Below are positions 43,838 through 53,491 of a stretch of 64,000 nt of DNA, piece by piece. Source of the DNA: a virus. Lineage: Duplodnaviria; Caudoviricetes. The notes under the pieces were generated by a model. That model saw nothing but the letters and a program-made list of their open reading frames with translations, was not told where the DNA came from and made no database searches. Within the stretch, counting starts at the first letter, position 1. Each line of letters starts with the position of its first letter. Both the position numbers and the translations under genes were made by a program. The stretch lies in the IMG/VR virus record IMGVR_UViG_3300040811_001959; one strand, given 5' to 3'.

Positions 43838-45609
43838 ACTGTCACCTCTAAATCATTACTGTAAGATGTAAATCCATTTTCCTTAATAACTTTTAACACA
43901 TGGTTAACTCTTCCGATTAGTTCATCCTTGTGACTAATAAGGAAAACATTTTTTTCTCGTTCTCTACCCATTTTTTTAATTACTGCAAGTGAACCTTCTA
44001 CTCCTGCAGTGTCCATCCCGCTGTCGATAAGTTCGTCAATGAATAATAAATTAATGTTTTGGTACAAACTCTCCCAAACATCACGGAATGCAAAGCTCAT
44101 ACCAAGTATTAATCGATTCCTTTCGCCTCTGCTAAGGTTATCAAAGTCTAAATCCTGTCCAAGCTGGGTAATTTCTACTGCTAGATCGTTTTGGAACGTA
44201 ACTTGATGTGGTAAACCTAGCCTATCTAGGTAATAAGTAAGCCTATTGTTGAGATATGCAAGATTTTGATCAATAATCTTCTTCCTAATGAACGAATCCT
44301 TGTTGGTTAACAACTTTAATAGGAATTCTTGATGCTCTTTATAGTCTGTAAGTGTGTTTACAGTATCCCAAACAATGTCCTGTAGTGCAGTTTGTGACAA
44401 TTCTTCAATCTGTTCTTGGTATGGATCTGTTTCTGCTAAGGTACGTTCTAGTGTACTACGTAATTGACCTACATTTTCTTTATGCTCGTATGCTTCCTTA
44501 ACTGTGTCATAAAAAGTGTTAGGCCTGCCATTAATATCACCAATTTCTGTTAATCCTTGTTCAACATCTGTTAATTTTCTTGTGATTTCTGTTTGATATG
44601 TAACAGCATCTTCTAATTCTTTGGACTTTTTATCTACCATTTCCTGTTTTTTGTCAGCATGTAGAGGTTGGTTACACGCATAACATATAGCAGTTTCTAA
44701 TTCTTCAATATCCTTTTTGACTTTATCAACTGTTTTATCTGCACGAGATAGAGCGCTTTCCAATGTAGCACGTTCCTTGTTTAGTGCTGTAATTGCGTTG
44801 TTGTGTTCATTCCAATCTGCGAGTTTTGTGTGTAAGTTTAGCTCGTTTTCAATGTCTAACTCTTCTAATTCGGTAATGCTACGTTGTAATTTACCGATTC
44901 CTTTTTCTTTTTGAGCTTTCCAGGCAGATTGTTTTAGTTTTAAGCTATCAATACTTTCTTGTATGTGTTCGTTACTGGTTTGCACTGCTCTAATCCGTGC
45001 TTCTTCCTCGGATATAGCTTCTTTGGTACTTCGTACCTGTTCTTTAAGTCGTTCTGCCTTTTCAGATAACAGTGTAATACCTAGCAGTTGTTCAATAATC
45101 ATTCTTTGATCATTCTGTCGCATGTTAAGGAACGGTTCCGTATAGGTATTAAGTGCAACAACATGTTTAAACATGTCATGACTCATACCAAGTAGCTCAT
45201 TTATAGCCTCTTGTGTCTTCCTACTGTCTCCTTGGCTCTCGTCTACTATTTCCTGTTCTTGATTATTAATATAAAACTTCATTACATTTGGAGATCTACC
45301 TCTTTCTATCCTGTAGTCGGTATTATTCTTCTCAAAATGTAATGTAACCAACATTCCTTTACTGTTTGTCTTGTTAATTAAGTTGTTTCTCTTAATATTA
45401 GTAAGTGCCTGTCCGTATAATGCGTATGATAGTGCATTTATAATGGTAGTTTTTCCAGTACCGTTACGAGATCCAGTATCGTCACCGCCTTGATCTAAGT
45501 TTTCACCTAAAACTAGTGTTAATTGTTCTTTGCTAAAATCTATTGCTTGCGTTTGATTTCCAACGCTCATAAAGTTCTTAACTGTAAGGTCTTTTATTTT
45601 AATTGGCAT
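43834..45609 (-). CDS. gp46: Recombination endonuclease ATPase subunit (gp46/SbcC/Rad50-like)
   Basis: Walker A NGTGKTT, CYAC zinc hook, LSRGE signature, LLFIDE Walker B, ISH. Confidence 0.93.
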   Translation of the reverse strand: MPIKIKDLTVKNFMSVGNQTQAIDFSKEQLTLVLGENLDQGGDDTGSRNGTGKTTIINALSYALYGQALTNIKRNNLINKTNSKGMLVTLHFEKNNTDYRIERGRSPNVMKFYINNQEQEIVDESQGDSRKTQEAINELLGMSHDMFKHVVALNTYTEPFLNMRQNDQRMIIEQLLGITLLSEKAERLKEQVRSTKEAISEEEARIRAVQTSNEHIQESIDSLKLKQSAWKAQKEKGIGKLQRSITELEELDIENELNLHTKLADWNEHNNAITALNKERATLESALSRADKTVDKVKKDIEELETAICYACNQPLHADKKQEMVDKKSKELEDAVTYQTEITRKLTDVEQGLTEIGDINGRPNTFYDTVKEAYEHKENVGQLRSTLERTLAETDPYQEQIEELSQTALQDIVWDTVNTLTDYKEHQEFLLKLLTNKDSFIRKKIIDQNLAYLNNRLTYYLDRLGLPHQVTFQNDLAVEITQLGQDLDFDNLSRGERNRLILGMSFAFRDVWESLYQNINLLFIDELIDSGMDTAGVEGSLAVIKKMGREREKNVFLISHKDELIGRVNHVLKVIKENGFTSYSNDLEVTV

Positions 45610-46619
45610 TATAATTCGTTGTAAATGTCTAACAGTGTGTTTTTGTTGAAGTTTTCGCTGTCGATAGCATTGATTTCTTTAGAAACAATCTCATCTACTG
45701 TTTCAAACTGGCTAATATCTAGCTCTGTTGATATTTCTTCAATCTGTTTCTGTGGAATTAGCACAATTTCTCTACAATTGTATTGCGATATATAAGTTTC
45801 TTTAATAAATTGTGCTTCTTCATATGATATTGGTAAGTCTAGTGTAACCCTAAGATACATATTTGGTTTAATTATGTTTGCTTGTGGATCTAGTAGCTTA
45901 CTTAGTGTTGTGGTACGATACTTAGGTGCATTTGACCAATTAATATATTGAGGTGCAAGGTTATTTTCACGATCAAATATCATCATACCACGTTCATCGT
46001 CACCTGCATCTGCATAGTTGTGAGGAAATGCATTACCAATATACTGTATCTTACCTTGTTTTTGACGTTTATGGAAATGACCACTGAACACAAGGTCTTG
46101 ATTTTTGAAGTGTTCAGGTCGTAAATCGCCATGTTCGGGCATTTTTACCATAGCATTCATATAAAAATGCGGTAATTCAAAGTGTCCAAACATGTATTTG
46201 GATTTACATTGCTCAATAAGCTTCCATTCATCTCCTACTAACCAGGGTACAAGTGCAACATCGTCAATTTCCGTAAACGAGTTTACAAATTCTACACCTT
46301 CTATATGTCTAGCAAAGTCAGTAGAGCTTACATCACGCTTGTCTTTGTAATATAAATCGTGATTACCTGTAAAAATAAAAAAAGTATTAAATGCTGCACC
46401 TAATTTTTCTAAACTACGGAGGGTAGCCTGCATAGTTGTTAGATTTAAACTGTTGCGATTGTGATGCCAATCTCCGCAAAATATTCCAGTTTCGCAGTTA
46501 TTTTCTTTTGCAGTTTCGATAAACCAGTCAACAAAATTTTCACAATCATCGTTATGTATTTTACTATTACCTTTTAATCCAAAATGTATATCAGTAAATA
46601 CTGCTGCTTTTTTAAACAT
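45609..46619 (-). CDS. gp47: Recombination endonuclease nuclease subunit (gp47/SbcD/Mre11-like)
   Basis: DIHFG, GDWHH, GNHD, GHFE and SGHFH metallophosphoesterase motifs. Confidence 0.93.
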   Translation of the reverse strand: MFKKAAVFTDIHFGLKGNSKIHNDDCENFVDWFIETAKENNCETGIFCGDWHHNRNSLNLTTMQATLRSLEKLGAAFNTFFIFTGNHDLYYKDKRDVSSTDFARHIEGVEFVNSFTEIDDVALVPWLVGDEWKLIEQCKSKYMFGHFELPHFYMNAMVKMPEHGDLRPEHFKNQDLVFSGHFHKRQKQGKIQYIGNAFPHNYADAGDDERGMMIFDRENNLAPQYINWSNAPKYRTTTLSKLLDPQANIIKPNMYLRVTLDLPISYEEAQFIKETYISQYNCREIVLIPQKQIEEISTELDISQFETVDEIVSKEINAIDSENFNKNTLLDIYNEL

Positions 46620-46625
46620 AAAAAT

Positions 46626-47420
46626 TTAGAATGTATTGTTTTCTTGGAATTCTTTTTCTCTTTTTAAAGCTACTTCCCATTCATCATTTGCTTGTCTAGT
46701 GTAGCTAGGATTCATATCATTCATTTCCAAAATATCATCTCGTATGTTTTGATTACGTTTTTCTAGATTAATTACCCTAACAAAACTGTTTGTAACTGCT
46801 GCTGTATAGTATGCAAATGGATTTTGACTTTTAGATTCGTCAAATTGTAACCCAATCTGAGCTAACTGTAAGATTGCTTGACCTCTCATTTCATCATTAT
46901 AAGTATATCCTCTTACATTACCACGTGTAGCATATCTTTCACATAATTTCATCCACATTAATGCAAGTTTATCGGTAGCAATACCGTGATCAAGTGAAAA
47001 AGATCCGCTAAATAAATCTCCTTTCCAATGACTTTTTCCAATACAAATTAATTCATTATTATCATTAAATTTCCAATGTTGGAATGGAGGAAAATTTAAT
47101 TTAATTTTTCGATCAGCAATAGTTTTTGGATTTTTCTTTCGACCGGGCTGGTCGGGAATATGATCAAACGTCATAATTCTAAAAACTAAATCAGTGTTGG
47201 GAATATTTTCAATATCAATGCTTAATTTTGTATCTTGATTAATTCTTTTTGCTCTATTAGATTTTGCAATATTAATTAGTTCAGCGTCTATTTGACTAAT
47301 ATTTGACAAAATAGCATCATATTGATGATATTCTGGTAAACTAAAGCTACAAAATGTGTTTTTACTTTTATGTATTTCTAATAATATATCTTTATTGTTA
47401 AGATAATTTGTTTTTTTCAT
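46626..47420 (-). CDS. gp55: Late transcription sigma factor (T4 gp55-like)
   Basis: NYLNNKD.L, RGYTYNDEM, FDESKSQNPFAYYT....NSF. Confidence 0.85.
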   Translation of the reverse strand: MKKTNYLNNKDILLEIHKSKNTFCSFSLPEYHQYDAILSNISQIDAELINIAKSNRAKRINQDTKLSIDIENIPNTDLVFRIMTFDHIPDQPGRKKNPKTIADRKIKLNFPPFQHWKFNDNNELICIGKSHWKGDLFSGSFSLDHGIATDKLALMWMKLCERYATRGNVRGYTYNDEMRGQAILQLAQIGLQFDESKSQNPFAYYTAAVTNSFVRVINLEKRNQNIRDDILEMNDMNPSYTRQANDEWEVALKREKEFQENNTF

Positions 47421-47441
47421 TTAGTCTCCAAATTAATTTTT

Positions 47442-47470
47442 ATTATAATATATGTAGTTTAAAAAGTCAA
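47442..47470 (-). promoter_or_regulatory. Sigma70-type promoter TTGACT-17-TATAAT for the gp55/47/46 operon
   Basis: -35 at 47470-47465, -10 at 47447-47442, spacer exactly 17 nt. Confidence 0.8.
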
Positions 47471-47476
47471 TAAATA
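47469..47476 (+). promoter_or_regulatory. Late promoter AATAAATA for the baseplate operon
   Basis: 20 nt upstream of the ATG at 47496 (AAGGAG RBS). Confidence 0.65.
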
Positions 47477-47495
47477 CTTTAAAGGAGTATATCCA

Positions 47496-48410
47496 ATGGG
47501 TGAAATTAGAGAAAATTTGTTAAATAGTGCGTCTCCTACAAATACAGGTGGAAATCCTTTAGAAATAGATTTAGATCCATATGCAGATAAAGCAGGGGAA
47601 GCTATTTCTGGTGCTTTGGATTCGGGCAAAGAATTAGCTGGATCTGCATGGGATTCAGTAAGTGAAACCGCATCAAATGTAGGAAATGGTATAATTGATT
47701 CTGTATCAGAATCTTCATTTGGAAAATTTTTAAGATCAGTAGGATTGCCAATTGGCGGAGAGCCCGAGGACGGCGGTGGTGACGATTCAGCATCATGGGG
47801 TGTATCCGAAGCAGCAAATGCAGATTGGAGAGTTCGACTTAGTATTGCTCCAGGATTTGGCGATGCAGCGATTATGAAACCATTTACTTTAACTGATAAT
47901 ACTTTAGTTTTTCCATATACTCCGTCTATCATATTATCTAATTCTGCATCTTATACTCCTATAAAACCCATACATAGTAATTATCCTTTTTATGCATATC
48001 AAAATTCGCAGGTAGATAATATCACAATCACAGGAGATTTTACTGTAGAAACTATGGAAGATGGAAAATATTGGATAGCAATGGTGCATTATTTACGAAG
48101 TGTCACAAAAATGGCCTATGGAGCTACACCTAATGTAGGTGCTCCACCTCCTGTAATAAAATTAAATGGTTTCGGAGAATATGTTTTTAATGATGTGCCT
48201 GTTGTAGTTAGTAATTTTACAGTTGAATTACCAACTGATGTTGATTATATTTTTGTTAAAAGGGTAGGAACGAGAGGAACTCATGTTCCTACAAAAAGTA
48301 CTTTATCAGTAACGCTAATTCCAATGTATAGTAGAAGGAATATAAAACGATTCAGCTTAAAAAGTTTTATAAGTGGAAGTTTAACACGAAGCAAGTATGG
48401 ATTTATTTAA
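47496..48410 (+). CDS. Baseplate tail-tube initiator/cap (gp48/gp54-like)
   Basis: DWRVRLS, LVFPYTP, HSNYPFYAY, PPPVIKLNG.GEY.F..VPVVV, VPT.ST.SV.L.P. Confidence 0.7.
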   Translation: MGEIRENLLNSASPTNTGGNPLEIDLDPYADKAGEAISGALDSGKELAGSAWDSVSETASNVGNGIIDSVSESSFGKFLRSVGLPIGGEPEDGGGDDSASWGVSEAANADWRVRLSIAPGFGDAAIMKPFTLTDNTLVFPYTPSIILSNSASYTPIKPIHSNYPFYAYQNSQVDNITITGDFTVETMEDGKYWIAMVHYLRSVTKMAYGATPNVGAPPPVIKLNGFGEYVFNDVPVVVSNFTVELPTDVDYIFVKRVGTRGTHVPTKSTLSVTLIPMYSRRNIKRFSLKSFISGSLTRSKYGFI

Positions 48411-48709
48411 TGTCAAAATATAAAAACAACAGTCCTTGGATTAAAACTGAAATTGTCAATAGAACATATCTAGATATTTTAGAAATTAGATCTGTGCCAG
48501 CTGAATCAGATGATGTTAGATATATGATACAACCTCAGTATACACATCGACCAGATTTACTTGCATATGATTTATATGGAGATTACGGTTTATGGTGGGT
48601 TTTTGCTCAACGCAATATGGATATAATACAGGATCCTGTTTATGATATCGAAGCTGGTGTAGAAATTATATTACCAAAATTGTCAAATTTAGTAAAATAT
48701 TTAGGTTAA
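48410..48709 (+). CDS. Baseplate wedge LysM-like protein (gp53-like)
   Basis: RPDLLAYDLYG...LWWVFAQRN..I.DP..D...G..I.LP. Confidence 0.75.
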   Translation: MSKYKNNSPWIKTEIVNRTYLDILEIRSVPAESDDVRYMIQPQYTHRPDLLAYDLYGDYGLWWVFAQRNMDIIQDPVYDIEAGVEIILPKLSNLVKYLG

Positions 48710-48710
48710 C

Positions 48711-50999
48711 ATGGCTGATACAGATATACAAGTAGTCTCAAATAACACAGGAGGAAATGGTGAATCAGCCGCAACAATTAATATTGACAGTAATGACGAT
48801 AGGTTAACTGCTCAGCCTACATTACCTTTTCCAAATGAATTAGATGATTTTGTCAGTTATAATTATATTTTTACCTTAAGTGCTTTAACAGATGAGGAAA
48901 CATCTGCACCAAATGAAACTTATAGGAAATCGGATCCTAAGATAGTTATTTTAAGATCTGGAGGAGGTGCAGACGGTGTTGATACACCTCCAGAAGCGGC
49001 ACTTGGTAAAGTTGAGTATTTTATAGATAATGTAGAAATTAATAGTTTGATAACTCATAATAGGAAAACTAAACAATCAAATGCAACAAGTATTTCTTTC
49101 AATGTTACTGAACCTTATAGTATGGGACTTTTTTTACAAGAATTAAAAGTAGCAGCTCAAAAGGCGAGAGGAGAAATGTCAAATTATCTCGAAGCTCCTT
49201 TTTTATTAACTGTTGAATTTAAAGGATGGGACAGTGATGGAAATTATTTAGAAAAAAAACATCTACGCAGGTTGCTGCCCTTTAAATTTGTTGATATTAA
49301 TTTTAATGTAACCGAAGGTGGTAGTGTTTACAATATAAAAGCAATACCGTGGACTGAACAAGGACAATTAGACGAAGTACAGGCATTAAAAGCTGATGTA
49401 AAATTAACTGGTAGAACAGTAAAAGAAATTTTGCAAACAGGAGCAGATAGTTTGCATTCTATTATTAATTCTCGAGAGCAAGAGCGTAGACGCAAAGGCG
49501 AAATAACAACAGCAAATGAATATGTAATAATTTTTCCTAAAGAAGCGACAGATTCTACATTTAAAGTAGGAGAAGTTGCTGATAATGATGGAACAAAAAC
49601 AACATCATTATATTATAAAAGTCCAGGTGCTTTAAAAACAACTAATTTGTATCAGTCTTCTGTATATGAAAAAGATACTGCAAGTTTAGGAGAATTTGTT
49701 GATGATTTAGATAATCCAGATCAGACAATTTTGGGTGTAACAGTTAATAGGAGTAATCTAGGAGAAATAGCAAGAACATTTGCAGAATCAGCTGAAACAA
49801 ATAATGCAATTGGTAAGGGAAAACTTGTTGATTCATTTTTAGATGGAACAAAAAAACCTTTTGGCAGACCAAGATTTACCGAATTAGATGACAAAGATGG
49901 AATTTTTGAAAGAGGAAAAATACAGGTAAGTGACAATTTATCTACTTTAACTTTTAAAACCGGAACAACGATACAAGAAATTATAGAAGAAGTAGTTATT
50001 TTAAGCGATTATGGTCGCACAATTGCAGATGCAAAGCCGGACGGATATGGAATGATACCTTGGTTCAGGGTCGATGTAGAAGTTTATAATTTAAAAGATA
50101 CACCGCAAGAAATTAACACAGGAAAACCTCCAAGGTTGTATGTTTACAGGGTTGTACCGTATAAAGCCCATATAAGTAGATACCAGTCTAGTTCAGAACC
50201 TAGTATTACGGCTGCATTACGAAAGCAATGTGCAAAAGAATATAATTATATTTTTACAGGTGTAAATGATAATGTACTTGAATTTGATATTAATTTTAAT
50301 AAAGCATTCTATCTTGCAGCCCAACCGTTTGGCGGAATAGATAAAGGTAGTATAAAAAGTGACGAGGAAGATGCAAGGGCAGGTGTCTCGACACAAAAAC
50401 ACAGACCACCTGTGCCGGGTAATATTGCTACAGATTCTTCGTCAGGAAGTAAATCGACAGAAGAAAGTCCAAAAACACAAACAGGATCAGTAGGCGGAGG
50501 GCAACCAGACAAACTTAGCACAGGAGTTGCAAGAGATTTTAACGATGCTCTTCTTAATAGTCCAGTTGATTTAGTAAACACAACTATGACTATTTGGGGT
50601 GATCCTTATTTTATAACTGATAGTGGGTATGGTAATTTCCATGCAATACCTAGTCAAGAGTTTATAAATGTAAATGAGGACGGAACAATGAATTATCAAG
50701 ATAGTGAAGTGCATATTATTGTAAATTTTAGAACACCGTTTGATACAAACGCTGATAATGGATTTATGGATTTCAATGGTGTTGGCTTAGAAGATACTGC
50801 TGCATATAGTGGTATATATCAGGTTATATCAGTTGTACATAGTTTTGCCGAAGGAAAATTTACACAAAAGTTAAAAATGATTAGGATAAGAAATCAAGAA
50901 GGAGTTGATACAAAACAAAAAGCAGATCCTGAAAAAGGCATAATGAGAGGATTAGATGAATTTGAACAATCTATAATTAATTCTGGAGGTTATTTGTAA
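48711..50999 (+). CDS. Baseplate hub protein (gp27/VgrG-N-like), 762 aa
   Basis: Position in the operon; C-terminal I.GDPYF and YSGIYQVISVVHSF..GKFTQ.L...R. Confidence 0.65.
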   Translation: MADTDIQVVSNNTGGNGESAATINIDSNDDRLTAQPTLPFPNELDDFVSYNYIFTLSALTDEETSAPNETYRKSDPKIVILRSGGGADGVDTPPEAALGKVEYFIDNVEINSLITHNRKTKQSNATSISFNVTEPYSMGLFLQELKVAAQKARGEMSNYLEAPFLLTVEFKGWDSDGNYLEKKHLRRLLPFKFVDINFNVTEGGSVYNIKAIPWTEQGQLDEVQALKADVKLTGRTVKEILQTGADSLHSIINSREQERRRKGEITTANEYVIIFPKEATDSTFKVGEVADNDGTKTTSLYYKSPGALKTTNLYQSSVYEKDTASLGEFVDDLDNPDQTILGVTVNRSNLGEIARTFAESAETNNAIGKGKLVDSFLDGTKKPFGRPRFTELDDKDGIFERGKIQVSDNLSTLTFKTGTTIQEIIEEVVILSDYGRTIADAKPDGYGMIPWFRVDVEVYNLKDTPQEINTGKPPRLYVYRVVPYKAHISRYQSSSEPSITAALRKQCAKEYNYIFTGVNDNVLEFDINFNKAFYLAAQPFGGIDKGSIKSDEEDARAGVSTQKHRPPVPGNIATDSSSGSKSTEESPKTQTGSVGGGQPDKLSTGVARDFNDALLNSPVDLVNTTMTIWGDPYFITDSGYGNFHAIPSQEFINVNEDGTMNYQDSEVHIIVNFRTPFDTNADNGFMDFNGVGLEDTAAYSGIYQVISVVHSFAEGKFTQKLKMIRIRNQEGVDTKQKADPEKGIMRGLDEFEQSIINSGGYL

Positions 51000-53005
51000 T
51001 GGCAAGTCAAGGATCTCGTACCCAATATTCTAGGGGGTCTAAACCAACCTGGATGACAGGAGTCGGCCCTTATGTAGGTAGGGTTACAAATCATTTAGAT
51101 ACAGAATACATGGGTTCAATCGAAGTTGAAATTTTAAAAACAACAGAAGCTGGTAGTCCAGGAGAAAGTACTGGATATTATATACCTTGTTCATACGTAA
51201 GTCCATTTATGGGTAATACTCCACGAAAAGGAGTTGGAAACAATCCTGGTTATGATTATACGCAAAAAAGTTATGGTTTTTGGGGAGTTCCTCCTGATTT
51301 GAATGTAAAAGTTCTAGTATTAATGGCAGAAAATAACTTTGGATATGGTTTTTGGATAGGTTGTTTGCAAGACAAATATATGAATTTTATGATGCCAGGT
51401 AATGCATCAACAACTTATAGTAACGACCCAGATGGAAAATATACTGGTAAGATTGTTCCTGTTGGCGAATACAATAAAGTACTAGAAACAGGAACAGGTA
51501 ATGATCCTACTCAATACATAAAATCTGTAGATAAAGATAGAGCCGATATATTAGAGCATCAGGGTTTAACCAAATGGGATGATAATATTGTAGACCAAAC
51601 TCGAGGAACGACTACTTCTAGTGCTAGAAGAGAGGTTCCTAGTATGGTTTTAGGAATCAGTAGTCCAGGACACCCTGATAGACGTAGTGGTAAACCTAAG
51701 GCTAGATATGGAGAAAAGTTTGGCGAAACAAATATTCCTTTTAGTAGATTAGGTGGCACAAGTTTTGTAATGGATGACGGCGATGAAAAAATTCTAAGGA
51801 AAAAACCTGCAAACACTGATCCTCCTGAATATGCTTACGTAGAAAAAAGAGAAACTGACGGAGATGTTGCTTTACCGCATAATGAACTTACGAGATGGCG
51901 CACACGAACTGGTCATCAAATAGTAATGCATAATACAGAAGATTTAATCTACATAATTAACGCCCAAGGCAATGCATGGATTGAATTAACAAGTAATGGA
52001 AAAATTGACATTTACACAGATGATAGTGTTAGTATACATTCTGAAACTGATTTTAATTTGAAAGCAAATAGAGATATCAACTTAGAAGCCTCTGGTAATG
52101 TCAATATTAAAGCTAGAGAGCAAATGCGTTTAGAATCTGGCAATGCTACCCATTGGAAAGTTGGTACAGCAGAAGTTAAAAAAGATCCTGCACTGAGACC
52201 TGAGTTAGGTATTAAGAACGAAGACGGAACATGGAAATGGAATAGTTTTGAAGATTTACCAACGGTAGAACAACCAGGTGATAATTTGTATATAGATGTA
52301 AGTAGAGATGTATATTGGAAGGTAGGAACTCATCCTAAATTAGGGGATTTTAAATTAGAAATTTCTCAAGATAGTCATACAACTGTTGATAGAGATTTTT
52401 TCTTGTTAGCAAAAAATAATATCCATCAGCATTCAAATAAGGCAACGTTCCATCTAGCTGATACAACTTTTGATCAAAAGTCTGGAGATGATTTTAAACA
52501 GTTTACATCTAAAAATATGCATATAAAAGCAGGTTTAAATATGCGAATTTATGCAGATACAACAGCAGTTTTAAAATCAAAAGTTTGTTACATAACAGCA
52601 ATGAATACTAATCATATAAAAGCAGGTAATATTAATTATGTAACGGCTGGTGCAAGTAATGAATATAATGCACCTATTAATAATATGAGTAAGCTGCAAT
52701 ATTTTGGAAGCGGATCAGCTAAAGGATCAAATGGTATTACAGCGGATACTGCAGAACCTGCAATTGATGCATTGTTACCTGAATGTGCTCATCATACTTT
52801 TATACCAATACGTATTCCTATGCACGAACCGTATTACAGCCATGAAAATTTAGAACCTAAAACATTTTATCCAGATAAAACAGATAGTACAATATCAATT
52901 GACGATGCGTGTGAATTTGCAATAAAATACGAACAAGAAGAAATAAAGACTCCTCTAATATTTAACGGAGGAGCTCAAGACGATACATTTAAGAAAGGTA
53001 AATGA
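50999..53005 (+). CDS. gp5: Baseplate central spike (gp5/VgrG-like), 668 aa
   Basis: N-terminal OB-fold YGFWGVPPD.N.KVLV; RTRTGHQI.M..beta-repeat; C-terminal RIPMHEP. Confidence 0.75.
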   Translation: MASQGSRTQYSRGSKPTWMTGVGPYVGRVTNHLDTEYMGSIEVEILKTTEAGSPGESTGYYIPCSYVSPFMGNTPRKGVGNNPGYDYTQKSYGFWGVPPDLNVKVLVLMAENNFGYGFWIGCLQDKYMNFMMPGNASTTYSNDPDGKYTGKIVPVGEYNKVLETGTGNDPTQYIKSVDKDRADILEHQGLTKWDDNIVDQTRGTTTSSARREVPSMVLGISSPGHPDRRSGKPKARYGEKFGETNIPFSRLGGTSFVMDDGDEKILRKKPANTDPPEYAYVEKRETDGDVALPHNELTRWRTRTGHQIVMHNTEDLIYIINAQGNAWIELTSNGKIDIYTDDSVSIHSETDFNLKANRDINLEASGNVNIKAREQMRLESGNATHWKVGTAEVKKDPALRPELGIKNEDGTWKWNSFEDLPTVEQPGDNLYIDVSRDVYWKVGTHPKLGDFKLEISQDSHTTVDRDFFLLAKNNIHQHSNKATFHLADTTFDQKSGDDFKQFTSKNMHIKAGLNMRIYADTTAVLKSKVCYITAMNTNHIKAGNINYVTAGASNEYNAPINNMSKLQYFGSGSAKGSNGITADTAEPAIDALLPECAHHTFIPIRIPMHEPYYSHENLEPKTFYPDKTDSTISIDDACEFAIKYEQEEIKTPLIFNGGAQDDTFKKGK

Positions 53006-53448
53006 TGAATCTTACAAATCTTTATAAAGATATTACAATAAAAAATGCTAACAAAACGCAAAGATTTAAACCAGGATCAAAAACTTATCGTGGTATAAGC
53101 ACCATCAATAGTGCTACAAATTCACAATTATACGATCTTGCATTAATTAAGCAAGATATTATAAATCATTTTCATATTAGACAAGGAGAAAAGTTATCTG
53201 ATCCTACATTTGGTACAATTTTATGGGATATTTTGTTTGAACCTTTAACTCCACAATTAAGAAATTTAATAATTGATAATGTAAACAGAATAATTAGAAG
53301 TGACCCAAGGGTTAAAATGGCAAGTGTAATTGTAGATGAATATGAAAGTGGAATACAAGTTGAGTGTGATTTGATTTACCTTCCTTATAATATACAGGAC
53401 AAAATGAGATTAGCATTTGATCGCAGAGCTGGATTTTTATCATCGTAA
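53002..53448 (+). CDS. gp25: Baseplate wedge/sheath initiator (gp25-like)
   Basis: D..LIKQDI.N.F.IR.GEKL.DP.FGT..WD.LFEP, DPRV. Confidence 0.88.
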   Translation: MMNLTNLYKDITIKNANKTQRFKPGSKTYRGISTINSATNSQLYDLALIKQDIINHFHIRQGEKLSDPTFGTILWDILFEPLTPQLRNLIIDNVNRIIRSDPRVKMASVIVDEYESGIQVECDLIYLPYNIQDKMRLAFDRRAGFLSS

Positions 53449-53467
53449 AATGCGTATTTAATTTGCA

Positions 53468-53475
53468 AATAAATA
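53468..53475 (+). promoter_or_regulatory. Late promoter AATAAATA
   Basis: Intergenic, upstream of the gp6-like ATG at 53492. Confidence 0.6.
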
Positions 53476-53491
53476 CATAAAAGGATTTAAT

